Source: an uncultured Alphaproteobacteria bacterium (lineage in GTDB: Bacteria; Pseudomonadota; Alphaproteobacteria; UBA7985). Taken from it: a DNA stretch of 64,000 nt. Shown here piece by piece: positions 57,500 through 64,000 of this stretch (position 1 is its first letter; every line of letters begins with the position of its first letter). A program made the position numbers and the translations under genes. The notes below the pieces were generated by a model. That model was not told the DNA's origin and searched no databases. It saw nothing but the letters and a program-made list of their open reading frames with translations. Where the stretch lies: the NCBI GenBank assembly GCA_905479265.1, contig CAJQLX010000020.1, forward strand, positions 11,906-75,905, read 5' to 3'.

Positions 57500-58111
57500 T
57501 TAAACGGCCATATGAGCCCAGGGCCGGTCAGCGCGGTCTGAGGTCTCAAACGTGGTGATGTCTTCGGCATGTTCGAGCGTCATGCCAACCGGGTCCAAGC
57601 CCTCTAGCAAGCGCCGCTGCAAACCCTCGTCCAACGTGAAACGGATCACCTCGCCATTGGGGCGTTCAATGGTCAGGGCTTCAACGTTGACGCTGATGGT
57701 GGAGGCTTGGTTGGCGTCTTGCATGAGCTTATCGACCTGCTCTTGGGGCAAGGCGATGGGCAAGATGGAGTTGTTGAAGCAGTTGTTGTAGAAAATGTCA
57801 GCGAAGCTTGGCGCGATGATCACGCGAAAGCCCCAGTCCACCAAAGCCCAAGGCGCGTGCTCACGCGATGAGCCACAGCCAAAGTTGTCGCCAGCGACCA
57901 AAACGGAGCTGTCTTTATATTGCGGCTGGTTCAGCGCAAATCCTTCAACCACTTCACCGTCGGGCGTGCGACGCATCTCGTCGAACAAGCCTTCTGACAA
58001 GCCCGTGCGTTTGATGGTTTTGAGGAACTGCTTGGGGATGATCATGTCGGTATCGACGTTGACCAGATTGAGCGGCGCGGCCACACCGCTGTGCGAACGA
58101 AGCTTATCCAT
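57500..58111 (-). CDS. leuD: 3-isopropylmalate dehydratase small subunit
   Basis: 203 aa with the LeuD pattern …DTDMIIPKQFLK… and …FGCGSSREHAPWAL…. Confidence 0.9.
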   Translation of the reverse strand: MDKLRSHSGVAAPLNLVNVDTDMIIPKQFLKTIKRTGLSEGLFDEMRRTPDGEVVEGFALNQPQYKDSSVLVAGDNFGCGSSREHAPWALVDWGFRVIIAPSFADIFYNNCFNNSILPIALPQEQVDKLMQDANQASTISVNVEALTIERPNGEVIRFTLDEGLQRRLLEGLDPVGMTLEHAEDITTFETSDRADRPWAHMAV

Positions 58112-58146
58112 GGGGCTTGATCCTTTTTCTTGTGCGGTGGGTTGGC

Positions 58147-59559
58147 TTAGAAGTCGCGGACGTCGGTCAAGTGACCGGTGATCGCAGCGGCCGCAGCCAT
58201 GGCGGGGGAGACCAAGTGCGTCCGGCCACCACGGCCCTGCCGGCCTTCAAAGTTGCGGTTTGAGGTCGATGCCGCGCGCTCACCCACGGTGAGTTTGTCG
58301 TCATTCATGGCCAGACACATGGAACAGCCCGGCTCGCGCCAATCGAAACCCGCTTCGATGAAGATCGCCGCAAGGCCTTCTTCTTCGGCCTGTGCTTTGA
58401 CCAGGCCAGAGCCCGGAACCACCATCGCGCGAACGCCGTCTTTGACCTTTTTGCCTTTGGCGATTTCTGCCGCAGCGCGCAAATCTTCGATCCGGCCATT
58501 GGTGCAAGAACCCAGAAAAACCGTATCAACCGCGACGTTGCTCATCGGCTCACCAGCGGTCAGGCCCATGTATTCAAGGCTCCGAGCCGCCGCTTCGCGC
58601 TTGTTGTCATCGTCGAAATCATCGGGGTGCGGCACGGTGCCGGTAATCGGCGCCACGTCCTCGGGGGAGGTGCCCCAAGTGACCATCGGCGGGATGTCAG
58701 CGGTATCGAGCGTAACGGTCTTGTCGTAGTGCGCGCCGGTATCGGTGTGCAGCGTGGACCAGTATGCCACCGCAGCGTCCCATGCTTCGCCTTGGGGGGC
58801 GAGTGGGCGGCCTTTGAAGAACTCAAAGGTCTTCTCATCCGGCGCGATCAGCCCGGCGCGTGCGCCGGCTTCGATGGACATGTTGCACATGGTCATCCGA
58901 CCTTCGACCGACAGCGCACGGACCGCTTCACCGGCGTATTCCATGACATAGCCCGTACCGCCAGCGGTGCCGATTTTGCCGATGATGGCAAGGATCAGGT
59001 CTTTTGCGGTCACGCCAAAGCCCAAATCGCCGTTGACTTGGATCAGCATGTTTTTCGACTTCGCCAAAGCGAGGGTTTGCGTGGCCAAGACGTGTTCAAC
59101 CTGGCTGGTCCCAATCCCAAACGCTAAAGCGCCGAAAGCGCCGTGGGTGGAGGTGTGGGAGTCACCGCAAACAACAGTGGTGCCGGGCAGGGTGAAGCCT
59201 TGCTCTGGGCCGATGATGTGAACGATGCCCTGGCGCGGGTCGTTCATGCCGTATACCGGCACATCATTTTTGGCGCAGTTTTCCATCAGGGTCTCGACCT
59301 GAATCCGGCTTTCCTTGTTGGCAATGCCACCGGCTCGGTCGGACGTGGGGACGTTGTGATCCGGAACCGCGAGGGTCAGGTCCGGACGACGCACTTTGCG
59401 GCCTGCCAGCTCCAGCCCTTCAAAGGCTTGCGGCGAGGTCACTTCGTGGACGAGGTGACGGTCAATGTAGATCAGGTGCGTGCCGTCGTCGTTTTGACGA
59501 ACAACGTGCTTGTCCCAGATTTTGTCATAAAGGGTTTTGGGGCCAGCCGAAGTGCTCAT
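58147..59559 (-). CDS. leuC: 3-isopropylmalate dehydratase large subunit
   Basis: Start [20 protein letters not shown]. Aconitase-family Fe-S ligand regions (…[15 protein letters not shown]…, …GSCTNGR…). 470 aa. Confidence 0.95.
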   Translation of the reverse strand: MSTSAGPKTLYDKIWDKHVVRQNDDGTHLIYIDRHLVHEVTSPQAFEGLELAGRKVRRPDLTLAVPDHNVPTSDRAGGIANKESRIQVETLMENCAKNDVPVYGMNDPRQGIVHIIGPEQGFTLPGTTVVCGDSHTSTHGAFGALAFGIGTSQVEHVLATQTLALAKSKNMLIQVNGDLGFGVTAKDLILAIIGKIGTAGGTGYVMEYAGEAVRALSVEGRMTMCNMSIEAGARAGLIAPDEKTFEFFKGRPLAPQGEAWDAAVAYWSTLHTDTGAHYDKTVTLDTADIPPMVTWGTSPEDVAPITGTVPHPDDFDDDNKREAAARSLEYMGLTAGEPMSNVAVDTVFLGSCTNGRIEDLRAAAEIAKGKKVKDGVRAMVVPGSGLVKAQAEEEGLAAIFIEAGFDWREPGCSMCLAMNDDKLTVGERAASTSNRNFEGRQGRGGRTHLVSPAMAAAAAITGHLTDVRDF

Positions 59560-59753
59560 GCGGTTTGATCCTGCGCTAAAGGTTGTTCTGCTTTTCAATA
59601 GCCCAATACAACGCAAACAGGGCTTTGTCATCGCCTCGACATGCAAGCCTTGAGTGCGAAAGGGCGGGCTGTCTCACACCAGCGAATCACAACCAACGCT
59701 GGAAGCGCAGCCTTGAGCGCTCAAGCGGAAGCCGCGGCCCGTGGCGGCAGGCG

Positions 59754-60551
59754 CTAGAGCGCCAACACCGCCCGGCGTGTCATGACGGAAATAAGGTGGG
59801 CCCGATATTCGCCGGAGCCGTGGAGGTCTTCGAGCATGTCGTCAGCATCAACGCTCAACCCGTCCAATGCCTGAGCGTCCATGGATCCGGCCAACGCCTT
59901 TTCTGCTGCGGTCCACCGGAATACACCGCTGGACCCTGCGCCCGTGACCGCAACGCGAATGGCGCCATCGGCCAATTCAGCCACCATCACCCCAACCATA
60001 GCATAGCGTGAAGCGGGGTTCGGAAACTTGGCATAGGCCGCGCGTTTTGGGACGGGAAAGGCAATGGCTGTGACCAGTTCGTCTTCTTCCAGCGCCGTTT
60101 CAAACATATCAACAAAGAAATCGTCGGCGAGGATATCACGGCGGTCTGTTCGCACAGTCGCGCCGAGCGCAAGCACAGCAGCGGGATAGTCCGCCGAAGG
60201 GTCATTGTTGGCAACCGAGCCGCCCATTGTTCCGCGGTGGCGCACCATGGGGTCGCCAATTTGACCAGCCAGCGCGCTAACACTTGGAATGCGCTGGTTC
60301 ATTAGCGCATCGGCGTTGACCGCAGCATGGGTCGTGGACGCGCCAACAATCACCACGTCACCGTCTTCGCAAATACCAATCAAATCTTCGATTCTGGAGA
60401 CATCCACCAGCTCCGAAGGTGCCGCCAAGCGGGCCTTCATGGTGGGGATCAGGGTTTGACCGCCCGCGATATATTTCGGATCATCGCCTTTGGAAAAGGC
60501 ATCAACCGCCGCAGGCACCGCGTTCACACGCGCATAGGAAACGTCGTACAT
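59754..60551 (-). CDS. Xanthine-dehydrogenase/CO-dehydrogenase family FAD-binding medium subunit (CoxM-like)
   Basis: FAD-binding PCMH-type domain: …YIAGGQTLIPTMK…, …TMGGSVANNDPSADYPAAVLALGA… 265 aa. Confidence 0.8.
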   Translation of the reverse strand: MYDVSYARVNAVPAAVDAFSKGDDPKYIAGGQTLIPTMKARLAAPSELVDVSRIEDLIGICEDGDVVIVGASTTHAAVNADALMNQRIPSVSALAGQIGDPMVRHRGTMGGSVANNDPSADYPAAVLALGATVRTDRRDILADDFFVDMFETALEEDELVTAIAFPVPKRAAYAKFPNPASRYAMVGVMVAELADGAIRVAVTGAGSSGVFRWTAAEKALAGSMDAQALDGLSVDADDMLEDLHGSGEYRAHLISVMTRRAVLAL

Positions 60552-60572
60552 ATCTTATTCCTTCCCCTCGGA

Positions 60573-61073
60573 TCAGGCCGAAGCCGTCTGGGTCTCACCG
60601 GATTGAGCCATGGTTTCAGCCGCCGCTTCGATGGCTTTGACGATGTTGTGGTAGCCTGTGCAGCGACACAGATTGCCTTCAAGTTGCTCGCGGATGGTTT
60701 TCTCATCCAGCTTGCCTTCGTACCGGCGGATCATATCGGCCGCCGACATAATCATGCCCGGCGTACAAAATCCGCACTGCAAGCCATGGTGCTCACGAAA
60801 CGCTTCTTGAACGGGGTGAAGCGTATCTGCGCTGGGCGCGAGGCCTTCGATCGTGGTGATTTCCGCCCCTTGAGCCATGACCGCTAACATCGAACAGGAC
60901 TTCATCGCTTGACCGTCCACGTGCACCGTACACGCACCGCATTGGGAGGTTTCGCAACCAACGTGGGTTCCGGTCAGGCCCAAGTGTTCCCGAATGAAAC
61001 TGACCAGCAAAGTCCGGTCCTCAACGTCAGCAGAAACGGCTTTTCCGTTCACGGTCATGGAAATCTGAGTCAT
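60573..61073 (-). CDS. (2Fe-2S)-binding small subunit of the xanthine/CO-dehydrogenase family (CoxS-like)
   Basis: Plant-type ferredoxin motif [11 protein letters not shown] and second cluster motif CGFCTPG…CRCTGY. Start MTQIS is preceded by GAGGAGAG 9 nt upstream. Confidence 0.85.
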   Translation of the reverse strand: MTQISMTVNGKAVSADVEDRTLLVSFIREHLGLTGTHVGCETSQCGACTVHVDGQAMKSCSMLAVMAQGAEITTIEGLAPSADTLHPVQEAFREHHGLQCGFCTPGMIMSAADMIRRYEGKLDEKTIREQLEGNLCRCTGYHNIVKAIEAAAETMAQSGETQTASA

Positions 61074-61165
61074 GTGGTTTGGCTCTCCTCTATTCATGCT
61101 TATATTAATCAGTGTGCGCAGGGCCTGTCACCCTGCCTCGTGTCGCAACAGAGCCGGAAACAGGC

Positions 61166-61726
61166 ATGGCCGATGTGTCTCGAACGAGCGAAGGGCTAGA
61201 TCGGTTGCCCTTGGCGGTTGATCTGGACGGTACTTTGCACCGTGGTGATTTGTCGTGGTGGTCGCTGCGCGTGGCGCTGTGGCTGAACCCATGGAAAGCC
61301 GCACGCGCCCTCCGCCTTCCCCGTCCGGCTGCTAAACAGGCGCTGGCCGAGCAGGTGCTCCGGCACTTTGACGCCTATGATCTCAAATGGAACGCTGATT
61401 TCGAAAGCTGGTTGGATCAGCAGGGGGCCATGGATCGCAGGTTGGTTTTAGCCAGCGGATCGACGTTTGAGTTCGTGCGCCGGGTCGGGGCAGAATTTGA
61501 CTACTTCGACAGCGTCATTGCCAGTGATGGCACCACCAACCTCACCGGTGAGGCCAAAGCCCGCCGCTTGTCGACCCTGTTCCCCGATGGCTTTGTCTAC
61601 GCTGGAAATTCGCAGCAGGATTGGCCCGTGTGGCAAGCCGCGCGCGGGGCCGTTCTGGTCAACTGCTCCCCCGGCCTCGAAGCCCGCGCCCGCAAAGCCT
61701 TCGCCATCGAGGCGGTTTTCCCATGA
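61166..61726 (+). CDS. HAD-superfamily hydrolase-like protein
   Basis: Motif I LAVDLDGTL near the N-terminus (start MADVSRT at 61166). 186 aa. Confidence 0.45.
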   Translation: MADVSRTSEGLDRLPLAVDLDGTLHRGDLSWWSLRVALWLNPWKAARALRLPRPAAKQALAEQVLRHFDAYDLKWNADFESWLDQQGAMDRRLVLASGSTFEFVRRVGAEFDYFDSVIASDGTTNLTGEAKARRLSTLFPDGFVYAGNSQQDWPVWQAARGAVLVNCSPGLEARARKAFAIEAVFP

Positions 61727-61851
61727 GCGCTCGCCAGCAAAAAAGCCGATAAGCGCGATCAAGGCGCGGATTTCGTGAAGATTTGCCCCTCGGGTTTGCT
61801 ACAACCCTCAAGCAGAAGATCCATCCAACGGCAGCAAAGGGCGCGGCCACC

Positions 61852-62907
61852 ATGTCACAGAAAATTCTCGTCACCGGCGGCTTGGGCTACATTGGCAGTC
61901 ACGTGGTGGTTGAGTTGTGCGCGGCTGGTTACGAGCCCGTCATCGTCGATAACCTCTCCAACGCCCGCGCTTCGGTGCTTGATCGGCTGGAGCGTCTGAC
62001 CCAGCAACCGCTGACGCATTTCGACGTCGATATTCGCAATCGAGCGGCCATGGAAACGGTGCTGACGCAAGCCCCGTGCGACGGCCTCATCCACTTGGCC
62101 GCGTTCAAGGCTGTGGGTGAGTCGGTCGAAGAACCACTGAAATATTACGACAACAACGTTGCTGGCTCGGTAGCGCTGTTCGACGTTTTTGAGCGCGCAG
62201 GGGGCGGGGGGATCGTGTTTTCCTCCTCCGCTACTGTTTATGGCGACGTCAAGGTTTTCCCGCTGCACGAAGGCATGCCCGTCCAGCCAACAAACCCCTA
62301 TGGCGCGACAAAGGCGATGATCGAACAGGTGCTTGCTGACGTCGCCAACGCCCCAAAGGCCAAAACCCAAGGCTTATCATTGCGCTACTTTAACCCTGCT
62401 GGCGCCCACGATAGCGCGCTGATCGGTGAAGATCCAAAGGACCGTCCCAACAACCTGTTCCCCATCATCGTTCAAGTGGCGGTCGGCAAGCGCGATCACC
62501 TGACCATCTTTGGCGAGGATTACGACACGCCAGACGGAACCGGCGTGCGGGATTATATCCACGTGGTCGATCTGGCCAAAGCCCACGTCATGGCGCTGAA
62601 ATCGCTGTTGGCTGGCGCATTTGAACAGCGTTTCACAGCGCTCAACCTTGGCACCGGCACACCCTATTCCGTCCGGCAGGTGGTAACCGCGTTTGAGGCT
62701 GAGTTGGGGCAGGCCGTACCGCAAGAAATGGGTGCGCGACGCGGGGGCGACGTGGCCACTTTGCTCGCCGACCCCCGCGCAGCCGAGCGCGCGATTGGCT
62801 GGAAAGCAGAGCGTGAATTGCCCGAAATGGTTCGCGATGCGTGGCGCTGGGCTGGCGCTGCGCGGCAGTGGGGGCTATGGGACGAGGATGACAGTACAGC
62901 ACCCTGA
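61852..62907 (+). CDS. galE: UDP-glucose 4-epimerase
   Basis: Start MSQKILVTGGLGYIGSH (Rossmann GxxGxxG). Catalytic YGATK (YxxxK). 351 aa. Confidence 0.9.
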   Translation: MSQKILVTGGLGYIGSHVVVELCAAGYEPVIVDNLSNARASVLDRLERLTQQPLTHFDVDIRNRAAMETVLTQAPCDGLIHLAAFKAVGESVEEPLKYYDNNVAGSVALFDVFERAGGGGIVFSSSATVYGDVKVFPLHEGMPVQPTNPYGATKAMIEQVLADVANAPKAKTQGLSLRYFNPAGAHDSALIGEDPKDRPNNLFPIIVQVAVGKRDHLTIFGEDYDTPDGTGVRDYIHVVDLAKAHVMALKSLLAGAFEQRFTALNLGTGTPYSVRQVVTAFEAELGQAVPQEMGARRGGDVATLLADPRAAERAIGWKAERELPEMVRDAWRWAGAARQWGLWDEDDSTAP

Positions 62908-63877
62908 AACCACCGCTCACCCGATGTCGCAAGCCCCCGCTTTGTCGATCGTCGCGCCGTGCCTGAACGAGGCGGCAGGTCTCGACGCGTTTTTAGCGCG
63001 CATGATCGCAGCCGCAGAGACCACGGGCCTGTCGTACGAAATCGTGCTGGTGGATGACGGTTCGACGGACCAGACTTGGGCCCGTATGGTCCAAGCACGC
63101 GCCAGCAATCCGCACCTGCGCGCCCTGCGACTTTCCCGGAATTTTGGGCATCAGCGCGCCCTGAGTGCTGGTTTGTCTCGCGCCCGAGGCGCGCGCGTGT
63201 TGCTGATCGATGCCGACTTGCAAGATCCCCCCGAAGCCCTTGGCCCCATGCTGGCGCTCATGGACGCCCATCACGCCGATGTCGTCTATGGTCGCCGGTT
63301 GGAACGCGCTGGTGAAAGTTGGTTCAAGAAGGCGTCTGCGCGGCTGTTTTACCGCGTGCTGCGCTGGCTTTCTTCGACGGATATTCCCGCTGACACCGGC
63401 GATTTTCGCCTGCTGTCGAGTCGGATAGTCGCTCACCTCAATGCCATGCCAGAGCAACAGCGCTATTTGCGTGGGATGATTGCATGGTTGGGCGGAACAC
63501 AGGTGCCTTACGACTATCGTCGTGAGTCCCGTGGGACCGGGCAAACCGGGTACCCGCTGCGCCGCATGTTCAGTTTCGCCGCCGACGCCATCACCGGTTT
63601 TTCCATGGCCCCGCTGCGGCTGTGTCTGGCGCTGGCTGGGCTGTCGATTGGGCTGGCGCTGGGGCTTTTGGTCTACGTGCTGGCAAGCGTGGTGGCCGGG
63701 TCCGCGGTGCGCGGTTGGGCCAGTTTGGCGATGATTTTCCTGTTTTTCCAGTCGGTGCAGCTGCTGTGCATTGGTCTGGTTGGCGAATACCTCGGACGGC
63801 TGTTTATGGAGCAAAAGCGCCGCCCGTTGTTCATCGTTGCAGATGAACTGGGCGGCGATCCATCACCGGGCGATTAG
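62888..63877 (+). CDS. Family-2 glycosyltransferase, polyprenyl-phosphate sugar transferase type (GtrB/ArnC/DPM1-like) with C-terminal TM helices
   Basis: LSIVAPCLNEA…YEIVLVDDGSTD (DxD region). …IDADLQDPPE… Two C-terminal hydrophobic helices. The start overlaps the galE 3' end; an alternative start is at 62924. Confidence 0.8.
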   Translation: MTVQHPETTAHPMSQAPALSIVAPCLNEAAGLDAFLARMIAAAETTGLSYEIVLVDDGSTDQTWARMVQARASNPHLRALRLSRNFGHQRALSAGLSRARGARVLLIDADLQDPPEALGPMLALMDAHHADVVYGRRLERAGESWFKKASARLFYRVLRWLSSTDIPADTGDFRLLSSRIVAHLNAMPEQQRYLRGMIAWLGGTQVPYDYRRESRGTGQTGYPLRRMFSFAADAITGFSMAPLRLCLALAGLSIGLALGLLVYVLASVVAGSAVRGWASLAMIFLFFQSVQLLCIGLVGEYLGRLFMEQKRRPLFIVADELGGDPSPGD

Positions 63878-64000
63878 GCCGTCAGCGGCATGGCCCGCTC
63901 AACCAGCGAAATCCAGTAAGAGCAGCCATAGGGAATCGCGTCGTCGTTAAAGTCGTACTCGGGGTGATGCAGCCCCGCCGTGTCGCCGTTGCCGACAAAG
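63874..64000 (-). CDS. 3' end of an unidentified minus-strand gene (C-terminal 41 codons only)
   Basis: Open frame from the window edge to TAA at 63874-63876 (…GNGDTAGLHHPEYDFNDDAIPYGCSYWISLVERAMPLTA*). Its stop overlaps the glycosyltransferase stop. Confidence 0.3.
   Translation of the reverse strand, partial: FVGNGDTAGLHHPEYDFNDDAIPYGCSYWISLVERAMPLTA

Noticed and set aside
1-64000. Searched for mobile elements, CRISPR arrays, rRNA and other structured RNAs (tmRNA, RNase P, 4.5S/SRP, 6S).
   Set aside because: There are no transposase, integrase or phage-like ORFs. There are no short spaced direct repeats, and the only tandem repeats are in-frame coding repeats. Apart from the two tRNAs, no intergenic segment showed recognisable conserved RNA cores.

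Overview
This 64 kb window is a high-GC (about 62%) chromosomal segment that looks alphaproteobacterial, probably Rhodobacteraceae-like. It is densely coding, with about 60 genes on both strands. I found no transposase, integrase, phage gene, CRISPR array or rRNA. Two tRNAs sit on the minus strand: tRNA-Val(TAC) at 16367-16442 and tRNA-Pro(GGG) at 24777-24853. Clear housekeeping genes are pckA, fabH, lpdA, pyrB, aspS, leuC/leuD, rnd, ttcA and galE. Between them are several accessory or stress modules. (1) A divergently arranged RND efflux pair, whose periplasmic adaptor carries three near-identical tandem C-terminal repeats of about 83 aa with two Cys each. This architecture is atypical for membrane fusion proteins. 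(2) A five-gene minus-strand operon: ECF sigma factor, anti-sigma-like protein, membrane-anchored acidic periplasmic protein, DUF1800 and Tat-signal DUF1501. (3) A roughly 10 kb minus-strand string: PdeM-like metallophosphoesterase, photolyase, amine-oxidase-like FAD oxidoreductase, DUF1365, cyclopropane-fatty-acid-synthase-like methyltransferase, pyrB, a degenerate dihydroorotase-like gene, an MFS transporter and a DUF3833-like gene. Apart from the pyr pair, this matches the singlet-oxygen and furan-fatty-acid (UfaD/UfaO/UfaM-like) gene set known from Rhodobacter. (4) An MTHFR-like gene followed by a pterin-binding (MtrH/AcsE-like) methyltransferase, which may be a split-methionine-synthase-type C1 module. 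(5) A GcvT-family (DmdA-like) aminomethyltransferase. (6) An orphan CoxS/CoxM-like pair (2Fe-2S and FAD subunits) with no molybdopterin large subunit, lying directly upstream of leuCD. (7) Several unusual secreted or lipoproteins: a lipoprotein with a DDPFA x5 repeat, an SH3b protein with an (AP)n linker and coiled-coil, an 816-aa protein with a VWA domain and long coiled-coil, and an NlpC/P60-like protein whose catalytic Cys appears replaced by Ser. All calls rest on recognisable motifs in the supplied translations and on gene context. No database searches were run.
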